IMG/VR virus record: IMGVR_UViG_2671180439_000007
Span: 1 to 41,324 of that record
DNA length: 41,324 bases
DNA from: a virus
Lineage: Duplodnaviria > Heunggongvirae > Uroviricota > Caudoviricetes
Reading direction: 5' to 3' (one strand)
Shown: positions 28,700-37,818 of the stretch, one piece after another
Numbering within the stretch: the stretch's first letter is position 1
Layout: each line of letters opens with the position of its first letter
Position numbers and translations under genes: made by a program
Notes under the pieces: model-generated
Databases searched by the model: none
What the model saw: only the letters and a program-made list of their open reading frames with translations
What the model was told of the DNA's origin: nothing

Positions 28700-29695
28700 T
28701 CAGGCCAGCACGCCAATTGCCAGCGCACGATCGATAAAACGAAATATCAGCTCCAGCTGGGAGCCATACATCTCTTCAAATGCCACGGTATCTGCATGCA
28801 GCTCGTCGTGATGCTTTCTGCACAAAGGCAACACAAAGAGGTCATGCGCTTTTGTACCCATTCCACCCTGACCGTGACCTATCAGGTGGTGGGGATCATC
28901 AGCAGGCTTTCCACAACATGCACACGGCTGTGTCTTAACCCAGCGCGTGTACTTTTTATTAACCCAGCGGCGACGTTTTGGGCGTAACATAAAAGACTCC
29001 GGCGACTCCGGATCCACTTCCAGCGCCAGCACTTTTTTCGCTTTATCCTGGATGATGCTGGTGGCAGGAACCGAAGGCACAAGGTCACTTTCCCGGGTGA
29101 CAGACGGCACAACAGGCTTCGGTAATCTCAGTGCCTTACGGGCTGCACTTTCCGGTAAGGCATCCGCCAGGTCATTACGAACCAGCCACCAGCACAGTTC
29201 CGGCATTGTCACAACGTGACTATCATCAAAACCGAGATCCCGACGCACGACAGACAACACCCAGCGGGCACAGTTATCCGTTGCCATTGATTCCAGCCGT
29301 TCCGTGAACTGATCGCGCAGCTGGTTATCGCAGTGCCAGCACAGACGGATTGCGCCCGGCGCGTGTCGCATTGTGGTCATGTTCTCGCTGTGCCAGTCGG
29401 AATGAGGCCACTGACAGCCTTTTTCACGAAGTAACCAGCTTTCAAGACATTCCACGCCACCAGCACGACGGATCACTGCCTCATTGCGGAACACGGCCTG
29501 AACGGCAGGATCATCCGCCAGCGGTTGTGATGCCGCCGGAACGGCACCACTGGCGAAAGATGAATAACGTTCCGGCTCAGGCTCCAGCAGGACACGCCCC
29601 TGCATAAACAGGGGCATCAGCTCTGAACCTGGTCTGAACAATACGATCCCCATACGCGGGGCAATTTCAGGGGTCAGTAGTGCTCTCACGGTCAC
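28700..29695 (-). CDS. DUF968 domain protein
   Basis: 331 aa; C-terminal CACCGKPADDPHHL...CRKHHDELH cysteine/histidine cluster typical of DUF968 lambdoid proteins. Confidence 0.65.
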   Translation of the reverse strand: MTVRALLTPEIAPRMGIVLFRPGSELMPLFMQGRVLLEPEPERYSSFASGAVPAASQPLADDPAVQAVFRNEAVIRRAGGVECLESWLLREKGCQWPHSDWHSENMTTMRHAPGAIRLCWHCDNQLRDQFTERLESMATDNCARWVLSVVRRDLGFDDSHVVTMPELCWWLVRNDLADALPESAARKALRLPKPVVPSVTRESDLVPSVPATSIIQDKAKKVLALEVDPESPESFMLRPKRRRWVNKKYTRWVKTQPCACCGKPADDPHHLIGHGQGGMGTKAHDLFVLPLCRKHHDELHADTVAFEEMYGSQLELIFRFIDRALAIGVLA

Positions 29696-29696
29696 C

Positions 29697-30494
29697 TCAA
29701 TGAACGGTATCGAGCAGCTTTAACAGCTCAGGGAATCTGGATTCGAAGAAATGCGGCTGCGTCTCGCGCGGATTTGCAGGACTGGTGATGTTCTTGCCGA
29801 ACATGCAGCCTTTCGCTGTCAGCGACCAGAATTTTTTGATGTTGTTAATCGCGGTACGGCTGTATCGTTCGCGTTGTTCAACGATCCCCAGCTTCGCCAT
29901 CTGGTGATATGCCTGATTAGCCGTCAGGCGGATACCATACTGCTTCAGCAGTGCACTCAGCGACAGCGTCGGGCGGCTTGAGCCATCAGGCGCGTCAGCA
30001 GGTGCATCAATGGCATAGCGCGGTGCCAGATTCGGTAAGCCAACAGCCTCCTGGAGTTTCTGACAGGCACCAAGCACTGAAGAGTTAGACAGATTTAATT
30101 CCCGGCGCATAAAGTCCAGCAGAATCACACCAGCCTTCATCTTGTCAGCAGCCTGTCCGGATAATTTTTCCGGTGCGCTGGTTACCATGTCGAAAGTACG
30201 GATCACCTTAAGATGGAATGACGGGCTTATCCACATTGCATAGGCATACACCAGTTCTTTGCAGACATACGTCCCCTGGTTATTTCCGCCACGAATAACG
30301 TTAACTGGCTCTATATTGACCGAGTTGCAAATCTGCAACTCGCTTATTAAACGTTCAGTTTGCTCATTGCGGAGCCAGAATGCAGGCTTATGCTTATCCA
30401 GAGAACCGGCAGCCCTGTGAAGATCGTTCAGGCTGTAACGACCATAAGCATCACGACGAACTTCAATACCATCAATGACCATCAGATTATTCAT
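29697..30494 (-). CDS. KilA-N domain protein (putative antirepressor-like)
   Basis: 265 aa; N-terminal IDGIEVRRDAYGRYSLNDLHRAAG pattern of KilA-N. Confidence 0.65.
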   Translation of the reverse strand: MNNLMVIDGIEVRRDAYGRYSLNDLHRAAGSLDKHKPAFWLRNEQTERLISELQICNSVNIEPVNVIRGGNNQGTYVCKELVYAYAMWISPSFHLKVIRTFDMVTSAPEKLSGQAADKMKAGVILLDFMRRELNLSNSSVLGACQKLQEAVGLPNLAPRYAIDAPADAPDGSSRPTLSLSALLKQYGIRLTANQAYHQMAKLGIVEQRERYSRTAINNIKKFWSLTAKGCMFGKNITSPANPRETQPHFFESRFPELLKLLDTVH

Positions 30495-30513
30495 ACTTCG
30501 TTTCTCCTCTTAA

Positions 30514-30903
30514 TCAGGCGGCTGCACCCGCCGTTTTCTCGTACTTACTGATAGTGATCTCGACCTTCCCTTCCGGGATAACCGGTCCCCACTCCACCAG
30601 CATTCTTTTCACCTGACTGTCGTCTTCCCACACACCCGCGTGGGTCAGGGCGTCAAACAGCGCCTTGTTATAGTTGTCCAGATCGCGGATCCGGTTATCC
30701 GGAGGAAACAACACGATCTCCACTGAAGCAGGTGCCGACGTTGGTTTCGGCAGACGACGTAACTGCTCAACTATTGCTGCGCACGCTGCGCTCTGGAATT
30801 TTCGCCCCGCCGCGCTTATCAGGCTCTTACCAGCAAACGCCCCTTTGTTGGGGTGTCGCCAGTACGTGTTCACGCTGGGCGGAAAAGGCAGGATCAGCTT
30901 CAT
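30514..30903 (-). CDS. rusA: Holliday junction resolvase RusA
   Basis: 129 aa; LPFPPSVNTYWRH and RDLDNYNKALFDALT motifs of RusA. Confidence 0.85.
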   Translation of the reverse strand: MKLILPFPPSVNTYWRHPNKGAFAGKSLISAAGRKFQSAACAAIVEQLRRLPKPTSAPASVEIVLFPPDNRIRDLDNYNKALFDALTHAGVWEDDSQVKRMLVEWGPVIPEGKVEITISKYEKTAGAAA

Positions 30904-31226
30904 ACTTTCAGGCCCCTCTCATGTAACCAGTGGGTTGCACGCAGCTTTGCGTTTTCCTCACCGGCAAGCAGTGCGCGGATAATCCCGACCGCCTCGCTGT
31001 CGTCGTCCTTCACCGCGGTATGAAGCGTTATCCCCCGGGCCACGCCACGCTTTATCGTGATGACGCCTTTTTTCTCCAGTGCGCGAAGATGCTCCACCGC
31101 TGCATTCACCGAACGGTATCCCAGCATGGTTGCCACCTCCTGATTGGTTGGCGGGAAGCCACGTTCTTTCTGATAAGAAATCAGCATATCCAGCACCTGC
31201 TGCTGGCATTGAGTTAACGTCGTCAT
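30900..31226 (-). CDS. LexA-N-terminal-like winged-helix DNA-binding protein
   Basis: 108 aa; QQVLDMLISYQKERGFPPTNQEVATMLGYRSVNAAVEHLRALEKKGVI resembles LexA DNA-binding domain; no peptidase domain. Confidence 0.5.
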   Translation of the reverse strand: MTTLTQCQQQVLDMLISYQKERGFPPTNQEVATMLGYRSVNAAVEHLRALEKKGVITIKRGVARGITLHTAVKDDDSEAVGIIRALLAGEENAKLRATHWLHERGLKV

Positions 31227-31909
31227 GCCGCCATCTCCCTGACCAGTTTTTCCGCCTGCTGGCGAACCTGCGCCAGAAAGGCCTCACCACATGCCTCAAG
31301 TTCATCGCGCCCGATGTAGCTGATTGCCGGTCCCTTCCAGGTCTTGTCGAAAACAGCAATAGCACCAGCGAAGAAAGCGCCTGTCGGCACCTGCTTCTCA
31401 TCCTTCGGGATAAACCAGGCAGGCAGTTCAAAACCAATACGCCCGCGAATAAAAGCAATATGATCTGCATCTTCCGGCCACCACACTTCGCTGGTGGCAG
31501 CTTTGATCAGGAAAACATAGCGACCGCCTTTATCACGCATGGCACTGGCATGCTTCATGATGTAACGCATGCCGGTGATGTATTGCCCCTCATGCTGACT
31601 GGCGCGGCTGTATGGGGGATTACCAAAGGCAGCACCTTTAAGCTCCGCAAGACGTTCTGACCAGTCATGTGCCAGCGCGTTGTCTTCCGCCGTGTAATAC
31701 GCGGCACATTTGGCGTTATCACCGTCAGTGAACAGATCCAGAACAAACGGACCAAACAGGGTGTTAATTCCCCAGAAAATGTTATCCGGCGTGCGCCACT
31801 GATCGCCCACTTCCTTCAGTTCATGGGCTGGTTTGTTCCGCAGCTCCACCAGCGCCCGGCAATATTTATTACTCATTAAGCCCCCACGTAATTCCCTGAC
31901 AGATACCAC
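31223..31909 (-). CDS. Phage N6-adenine DNA methyltransferase (Dam-like)
   Basis: 228 aa; WRTPDNIF and FGNPPYS motifs. Confidence 0.8.
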   Translation of the reverse strand: MVSVRELRGGLMSNKYCRALVELRNKPAHELKEVGDQWRTPDNIFWGINTLFGPFVLDLFTDGDNAKCAAYYTAEDNALAHDWSERLAELKGAAFGNPPYSRASQHEGQYITGMRYIMKHASAMRDKGGRYVFLIKAATSEVWWPEDADHIAFIRGRIGFELPAWFIPKDEKQVPTGAFFAGAIAVFDKTWKGPAISYIGRDELEACGEAFLAQVRQQAEKLVREMAA

Positions 31910-32370
31910 TCTTCACCTGATGCAGCCCGCTTGTTGCTTTTCCGTAAACACCGTTCACGACGCGCCAGAAAATTATTTCGTTCTGGCTGGGAGTGGCTTT
32001 CACGGAATGCCGCCATCCACACCGTTGCAGCACGACGGTATAAGCCCCTGGACTCCAGTTCTTCCGCCTGGCGGGTCAGGCACAAAATCACCCGCGGGTC
32101 GTTAGTGCCGACATAGAAATTGCGCACAGGTCTGGTTTCACGAACTGGTTGTGGTTCCGGCTCCTGCGCTCTCTCAGTCAGGCGCGGGAAATGTCTGCGT
32201 GTATCTCCTTCACAACGGTGAGCCACACGCCCACTCTGACGTAACTTGCTTGCTGACTGCAGAACGCGCTGCCGTGAGTAACCTGCAAAAGCATCCGCAA
32301 TGTCTCCGGAAGTACACCCCGGATGGGCTTCAATGAATTTCTGAACGTCATTCAAAAGACTCATGCTCAC
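31876..32370 (-). CDS. Hypothetical early-region protein (possible PerC-like segment)
   Basis: 164 aa; overlaps flanking genes; segment LESRGLYRRAATVWMAA loosely resembles PerC-type regulators. Confidence 0.35.
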   Translation of the reverse strand: MSMSLLNDVQKFIEAHPGCTSGDIADAFAGYSRQRVLQSASKLRQSGRVAHRCEGDTRRHFPRLTERAQEPEPQPVRETRPVRNFYVGTNDPRVILCLTRQAEELESRGLYRRAATVWMAAFRESHSQPERNNFLARRERCLRKSNKRAASGEEWYLSGNYVGA

Positions 32371-33308
32371 CCCCTGAATCCTGCCGGGATCTGGCTGTAG
32401 TCCACGTTGTCGTAACTGGATTTGAAGTACGGGTCTTCGCGTTTTTCGGTGTACGTGCTGACGGACGGCGATAAGCGCAGGGAAAGCTCATCCCATTTTT
32501 CCCGCAGCTTCGACGGGCTGAGCACGTTACGGCACCAGAACGGATCGCGGCTGACGCGGCTGTACATCTCGCAGATTTGTTTGTGAGTACGCCCATCCTG
32601 TACACACATCAGGCGAATTTCGTTTGCCCAGGCTGTCCAGTTCGGTTCTTTGGGACGAACCACCTCGCCGTCACATTCGGCAGCCTGCTCGTACAGGGCG
32701 ATGATTTTTTTCCAGAGCCACTGTGCGCAGGTCAAATCATCCTGCGTCCCCCACTGGCGCTTTTTAGAGCTGAATACAACCGCATCAGGATGGCGAGTTA
32801 AAAAATCCTGTTCAGCCGTCTGCGTGTCCGGTTGCGAAGCGTCCGGACGAGAAGGTTTTTTATCTGACGGATCATGTTTTGATTTTACTGACGGATCCCC
32901 GCCAGATTCTGACGGGTGAAAACCCGCTTTTTTGCCAGATTTCGACGCATCAAATTTTGACGGGTCAGATTTTGATGCGTCAGATTTTGACGGGTCAGAA
33001 TCTGACAGTTGAGAAAATGCCGCTGCCTGAAGCTTCGCAACGTTAAGCTGATAAACATTCGACGCATTGCGGTTACCCTGGCGACGCGCCTTACGCGTTA
33101 ACCAGCCTTCTGCTTCCAGCCGTGCGATAGCCGTTCTGACGGTACTCATCCCCGCGCCAATCTGACGGGCAATGGTTTCAATTGATGGCCAGCACACACC
33201 TTCGTCATTACTGAAATCAGCCAGGCGGGCCATAATTGCCACGCTGGATAACTTCATGCCTGATGCAGCGCAACCATCCCATACATAGCCGGTTAATTTA
33301 GTGCTCAT
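32367..33308 (-). CDS. Replication initiation protein (O-like) with internal iterons
   Basis: 313 aa; N-terminal HTH; repetitive DPSKSDASKSDPSKFDASKS region encoded by DNA iterons. Confidence 0.7.
   Translation of the reverse strand: MSTKLTGYVWDGCAASGMKLSSVAIMARLADFSNDEGVCWPSIETIARQIGAGMSTVRTAIARLEAEGWLTRKARRQGNRNASNVYQLNVAKLQAAAFSQLSDSDPSKSDASKSDPSKFDASKSGKKAGFHPSESGGDPSVKSKHDPSDKKPSRPDASQPDTQTAEQDFLTRHPDAVVFSSKKRQWGTQDDLTCAQWLWKKIIALYEQAAECDGEVVRPKEPNWTAWANEIRLMCVQDGRTHKQICEMYSRVSRDPFWCRNVLSPSKLREKWDELSLRLSPSVSTYTEKREDPYFKSSYDNVDYSQIPAGFRG
32857..33014. repeat. Iteron array (putative origin of replication) inside the O-like gene
   Basis: About eight 16-bp repeats with TGACGG-type cores (ctgacggatc, ctgacgggtg, tcgacgcatc, ttgacgggtc ...). 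Confidence 0.6.
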
Positions 33309-33317
33309 GACCGACCT

Positions 33318-33656
33318 CTACTTCCCTGAATTTACGACGAAACTGTTCGAGCGGGCTGAAGCACTCATGCTCATAGCCTTCGCGGAGGTAGATAACCCGT
33401 TGTGTTTCCGGCTCCCAACGAATGACTCTGACGGGCACTCCGTAGTGATCTTTGAACCAGCGATTAACTTGTCGCAAAGGACTGTCTCCTTCTGCCGGTT
33501 GAAATCACCCACAGCCCACTCTGCAAAGCTGTGGGTTACAATTTCCCTGTCACCTGGTACATTTACTGCATAGCAATACTCCACCTTCGCTTTTCCACCC
33601 GGTACAGGAAGCGCAATCAGTTGCGAGCGACGGTAGTGTGTTGTTAAACTGTTCAT
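33318..33656 (-). CDS. Hypothetical small early protein (frame and extent uncertain)
   Basis: 112-aa ORF; its 3' half overlaps an alternative-frame ORF (33298-33477) that has a strong AAGGAGA SD and TTG start. Confidence 0.3.
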   Translation of the reverse strand: MNSLTTHYRRSQLIALPVPGGKAKVEYCYAVNVPGDREIVTHSFAEWAVGDFNRQKETVLCDKLIAGSKITTECPSESFVGSRKHNGLSTSAKAMSMSASARSNSFVVNSGK

Positions 33657-34216
33657 GCGTTAGTTTCTCCACAGTCACGACACGCCACGGCGCCCGGAGC
33701 TGCACACTCGCGGGCGTCATTACTTTCTGAAATGCAAAAAATTTTGTAGACCAGTGCTGCATGCTCCTGCAGCTTCGAAATTGAGAGGTACAGCTCGTCG
33801 TTAATTGCTGTCTTCTCATTCGGTTCCACTACACCGTCTTCAATTGCTGAACGAATCTGTTTTGAATAACTGCCGATCTGTTCAATGACTTCCAGCAGGC
33901 GCTGGTTTATATCGGCGTTCTCTACTTCCTCAATTTCAGGAAGCGATACGAACACCCCACCAGCAGACTGTGCGACAGCATCCGCAATGTAGTGAGTGCC
34001 AGCCGCGCGCTGTAAAACCATTGCCCATCCCAGCGGGAAAATCTGATCGCCATAGGCACGAAGGCGGTTAAATAATGCGTTCTCTGTTACATCCAGCCAG
34101 TCAGCTGCTTCAGCGTAACCACCCGGCAACGCTGCGATAGTTTTTCTGACAGCTTTCACGTACCACTCAGGCTGTTTTTCTACTTTCCAGTGATACTTAC
34201 CCACGGTTAGCCTCAT
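33653..34216 (-). CDS. CII-like phage regulatory protein (CP76-type family)
   Basis: 187 aa; position immediately after cro; family assignment from recollection only. Confidence 0.5.
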   Translation of the reverse strand: MRLTVGKYHWKVEKQPEWYVKAVRKTIAALPGGYAEAADWLDVTENALFNRLRAYGDQIFPLGWAMVLQRAAGTHYIADAVAQSAGGVFVSLPEIEEVENADINQRLLEVIEQIGSYSKQIRSAIEDGVVEPNEKTAINDELYLSISKLQEHAALVYKIFCISESNDARECAAPGAVACRDCGETNA

Positions 34217-34247
34217 CGTTCTGTGGTTAAAAATTGAAGGTGTTCTG

Positions 34248-34448
34248 TTAATCTTTCGGATAGATATCCGGTCTTAAGTCAGATTTCGTAATTGCACCTG
34301 ACGTGCATTGCTCAAGTTTTTTAGCCAGCACAAAACTGGCTTTTTTATAACCATTGAAAACCAGCCGTAAGTAGCCAGGTGTTGAGCCAACTTTTCCGGC
34401 CAACTCGCCCTGCTGTTCTTTGGTTAAAGAGTCCCAATACGCTTTCAT
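34248..34448 (-). CDS. Cro-like repressor
   Basis: 66 aa from ATG 34448 with GGAGG SD; HTH-like; divergent from repressor gene across a 90-bp operator region. Confidence 0.6.
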   Translation of the reverse strand: MKAYWDSLTKEQQGELAGKVGSTPGYLRLVFNGYKKASFVLAKKLEQCTSGAITKSDLRPDIYPKD

Positions 34449-34453
34449 ACAAT

Positions 34454-34522
34454 ATGTACCTCCGGTATACATATTACATGATTGAAATGAACCTTCAAGA
34501 TACTTGTACCTTATCGGTACAA
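34454..34522. promoter_or_regulatory. Right operator region: two 19-bp ATGTA-N9-TACAT-type palindromes
   Basis: ATGTACCTCCGGTATACAT (34454-34472) and TTGTACCTTATCGGTACAA (34504-34522) between cro and repressor starts. Confidence 0.55.
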
Positions 34523-34538
34523 AGGTTTTAATTTCGTT

Positions 34539-35213
34539 ATGAAAACAATCCATGACATCCGGCGGTCTAACGCCAGAAAACTGAGAGATGGTGTTGGCGG
34601 AAATTCATCCTTTGCCACCATGATTGATCGCGAGCCAACCCAAACCAGCAGGTTTATGGGGGATGGCGCTACTAAAAATATCGGTGACAGCATGGCACGG
34701 CACATCGAAAAATGTTTCGACCTGCCTGTCGGATGGCTTGATCAAGAACACCAGACAACGAACATCACAAAAAAACCTGATGTTTCAATCACTAACAAAC
34801 AAATAACGTTAGTCCCTGTCATATCATGGGTACAGGCCGGAGCATGGAAAGAAGTTGGCTATTCTGAGGTTGATTTGAGCACAGCAGAAACGTATCCCTG
34901 CCCTGTACCCTGTGGCGAAATGACTTATATCTTGCGGGTGATTGGTGATTCAATGATTGATGAGTACCGCCCTGGAGACATGATTTTTGTTGATCCCGAA
35001 GTCCCTGCCTGCCACGGTGACGACGTTATTGCATTGATGCACGATACAGGCGAAACCACCTTCAAGCGATTGATAGAAGATGGAACACAGCGTTATCTCA
35101 AAGCATTAAACCCAAACTGGCCTGAGCCTTACATTAAGATTAACGGTAATTGCTCTATAATTGGTACAGTGATTTTCTCGGGAAAACCAAGAAGATACAC
35201 AATAAAGGCCTAA
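34539..35213 (+). CDS. Prophage repressor, P22 C2 / lambda cI-like with S24 peptidase domain
   Basis: 224 aa; C-terminal VIGDSM...GDMIFVDPEV...KALNPNWPEPYIKINGNCSIIG closely parallels P22 C2 as recalled. Confidence 0.85.
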   Translation: MKTIHDIRRSNARKLRDGVGGNSSFATMIDREPTQTSRFMGDGATKNIGDSMARHIEKCFDLPVGWLDQEHQTTNITKKPDVSITNKQITLVPVISWVQAGAWKEVGYSEVDLSTAETYPCPVPCGEMTYILRVIGDSMIDEYRPGDMIFVDPEVPACHGDDVIALMHDTGETTFKRLIEDGTQRYLKALNPNWPEPYIKINGNCSIIGTVIFSGKPRRYTIKA

Positions 35214-35225
35214 TCAATATTTATG

Positions 35226-35248
35226 AACCTGCTTCGGCAGGTTTTTTT
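35226..35248 (+). terminator. Intrinsic terminator after repressor gene
   Basis: AACCTGC-TTCG-GCAGGTT followed by TTTTTTT. Confidence 0.55.
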
Positions 35249-35252
35249 ATAC

Positions 35253-35280
35253 TTGACAATGTACCCATGAGATACATAAT
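35253..35280 (+). promoter_or_regulatory. pL-like promoter with operator in its spacer
   Basis: TTGACA 16-nt spacer CATAAT; third operator copy ATGTACCCATGAGATACAT (35259-35277) inside. Confidence 0.5.
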
Positions 35281-35901
35281 GTATCTAAAAGAAACATAAC
35301 ACAGGCAAGATTAAAACAAAATTTGGTTGTAACACGGCGTATGGCACATGCGTCGTTAGCGGTCTGGTGACGTTAAAGGGGACAATCCACTCCTTGCTCG
35401 AGCAAACAAACCAGGTAGCCGGAATGTGCAAGTCAATGATGATGCTGATAAGACGCCTAACCAGCGTGGCGATTCGGTTTGACGCCTGGGAAGAGACCAG
35501 GGTGCAACGATGAGGGCATTTATGGAGCCGCGACAAAGTGTGGTGCCGTAACTGGCTAAGTGCTCTCAGCGTTGTGGTGAATGCGCAGACTGATGCGCGA
35601 AAGACATTGCAGCTATTGCGGAAAAGAGCTGTTCGGCGGGGCAATTAAACGCCCGTGAGAGTCTGAAATAACCGCAAGCCGGAGATCAGCACCGGTCACC
35701 ACAACAGCCACTGCTTTGGCGGTACCAGTTTGTACACTTGCTTCCGGCTGGTACCGCTCTTTTTACAAAACAGAGAAGAGCATCACCGGACGACGGGCTC
35801 ATAACCCAATCCATCCGGGCGGCTGCCACCGCAGGTGTTCTTCTCTGTTTTGTGGAGAAACTAACCGACCTTGCAGGGTCGATATGATGAGGAGCAGCAA
35901 A

Positions 35902-36264
35902 ATGGCTAGCGAACGCAGTACTGATGTGCAGGCATTTATCGGGGAGCTGGACGGCGGCGTATTTGAAACCAAAATCGGCGCAGTTCTCAGTGAAGTCGCT
36001 TCCGGTGTGATGAACACGAAAACCAAAGGTAAGGTCTCGCTCAACCTGGAAATCGAACCATTTGATGAGAACCGTGTGAAAATCAAACACAAACTCTCAT
36101 ATGTTCGCCCGACTAACCGCGGGAAAATTTCCGAAGAAGACACCACCGAAACACCGATGTATGTCAATCGCGGTGGTCGCCTGACTATTCTGCAGGAAGA
36201 CCAGGGACAATTACTGACTCTTGCCGGTGAACCTGACGGAAAACTCCGCGCAGCAGGTCATTAA
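35902..36264 (+). CDS. Hypothetical protein (YfdP-like)
   Basis: Start set at ATG 35902 with GAGGAG SD; first gene of the leftward operon. Confidence 0.45.
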   Translation: MASERSTDVQAFIGELDGGVFETKIGAVLSEVASGVMNTKTKGKVSLNLEIEPFDENRVKIKHKLSYVRPTNRGKISEEDTTETPMYVNRGGRLTILQEDQGQLLTLAGEPDGKLRAAGH

Positions 36265-36329
36265 TATCGTTCTTAATTAACTGATTATTTATCTCATCAC
36301 TGAATATCTTTATATAGTGAGGACTTATT

Positions 36330-37154
36330 ATGTCTCAGAACTTAGACGCAACCGAAATTAATCAAATCCATGCCCTTATTTCTGCTCAGGGTGTTAATGA
36401 AATTATCAGTAAGATTGGTGCCGATGCTGTGGCATTGCCTGAGAATTTCCGCATTCATGATCTGGAAAAATTTAATTTAAATCGCTTCCGTTTCCGTGGT
36501 GCGCTTTCCACTGCCAGCATCGATGACTTTACCCGTTATTCTAAAGATCTTGCAGATGAAGGCACCCGCTGCTTTATCGATGCTGATAATATGCGAGCCG
36601 TCAGTGTGCTTAACCTGGGTACTATTGATGAACCAGGTCACGCAGATAACACCGCCACTCTCAAACTGAAAAAGACAGCACCGTTCTCTGCCCTGTTGTC
36701 TGTTAACGGCGAGCGTAACTCCCAGAAGTCACTGGCAGAATGGATTGAAGACTGGGCCGACTACCTTGTGGGCTTTGATGCTAATGGTGACGCCATTCAG
36801 GCAACAAAAGCGGCTGCGGCGGTCCGTAAAATCACGATTGAAGCAAACCAGACCGCTGATTTTGAAGACAATGACTTCAGCGGCAAACGCTCTCTGATGG
36901 AGTCTGTCGAAGCGAAAACTAAAGACATTATGCCAGTAGCATTTGAGTTTAAATGCGTTCCGTTTGAAGGCCTGAAAGAACGTCCGTTTAAATTACGCCT
37001 CAGCATTATCACTGGTGATCGCCCTGTACTGGTTCTGCGCATTATTCAGCTGGAAGCAGTACAGGAAGAAATGGCTAACGAATTTCGTAATCTGCTTGTT
37101 GAAAAATTCAAAGACAGCAAAGTAGAAACCTTTATTGGTACTTTCACCGCCTGA
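36330..37154 (+). CDS. YfdQ-like protein (DUF2303)
   Basis: 274 aa; sequence pattern as recalled for CPS-53-type YfdQ. Confidence 0.55.
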   Translation: MSQNLDATEINQIHALISAQGVNEIISKIGADAVALPENFRIHDLEKFNLNRFRFRGALSTASIDDFTRYSKDLADEGTRCFIDADNMRAVSVLNLGTIDEPGHADNTATLKLKKTAPFSALLSVNGERNSQKSLAEWIEDWADYLVGFDANGDAIQATKAAAAVRKITIEANQTADFEDNDFSGKRSLMESVEAKTKDIMPVAFEFKCVPFEGLKERPFKLRLSIITGDRPVLVLRIIQLEAVQEEMANEFRNLLVEKFKDSKVETFIGTFTA

Positions 37155-37166
37155 TTTCATTACTGC

Positions 37167-37188
37167 AAATGCCCCTGCGGGGGCATTT
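37167..37188. terminator. Perfect hairpin after yfdQ-like gene
   Basis: AAATGCCCC-TGCG-GGGGCATTT; weak T-tract. Confidence 0.35.
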
Positions 37189-37281
37189 ATAGAAACGTAA
37201 TTAACTCAATAATCGCCTGATGGCGAGGGTTTTCTTTAACCAAAATTCAGCGCGGTGCAGCGCATATACGTGGAGAACAAA

Positions 37282-37818
37282 ATGTCATTTATTAAAACTT
37301 TTTCCGGGAAGCATTTTTATTATGACAGGATAAATAAAGACGACATCGATATTAACGATATCGCGGTTTCCCTTTCAAATATCTGTCGCTTTGCCGGTCA
37401 TCTTTCGCACTTCTACAGCGTCGCCCAACATGCGGTTCTTTGCAGCCAGTTGGTGCCGCAGGAATTTGCTTTTGAAGCGTTAATGCATGATGCAACAGAA
37501 GCGTATTGCCAGGACATTCCCGCACCACTGAAACGCCTTCTTCCTGACTATAAACAAATGGAAGAAAAAATAGACGCCGTAATCCGTGAGAAATACGGGT
37601 TACCCCCAGTTATGAGTACGCCCGTGAAATATGCCGATCTCATCATGCTGGCAACCGAACGCCGCGATCTCGGGCTTGATGATGGCTCTTTCTGGCCTGT
37701 ACTGGAAGGTATCCCGGCAACAGAGATGTTCAACGTGATTCCACTGGCACCGGGCCATGCCTACGGGATGTTTATGGAACGCTTTAACGAGTTATCGGAG
37801 TTACGCAAATGCGCATGA
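37282..37818 (+). CDS. HD-domain protein (YfdR-like phosphohydrolase)
   Basis: Start set at MSFIKTF; HD motif region AQHAVLCS...MHDATEAY. Confidence 0.6.
   Translation: MSFIKTFSGKHFYYDRINKDDIDINDIAVSLSNICRFAGHLSHFYSVAQHAVLCSQLVPQEFAFEALMHDATEAYCQDIPAPLKRLLPDYKQMEEKIDAVIREKYGLPPVMSTPVKYADLIMLATERRDLGLDDGSFWPVLEGIPATEMFNVIPLAPGHAYGMFMERFNELSELRKCA

Noticed and set aside
32857-33014. Possible CRISPR or VNTR
   Set aside because: 16-bp units are contiguous without spacers and lie in-frame within the O-like gene; classic iteron arrangement
33301-33573. Plus-strand 90-aa ORF
   Set aside because: Antisense within a minus-strand early operon; starts by overlapping the O-like gene start; no SD
35285-36090. 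Minus-strand ORFs 35285-35644 and 35686-36090
   Set aside because: Located in the leader and yfdP-like region antisense to the pL-like operon; no ribosome-binding sites; cysteine- and arginine-rich improbable sequences; region better explained as untranslated leader
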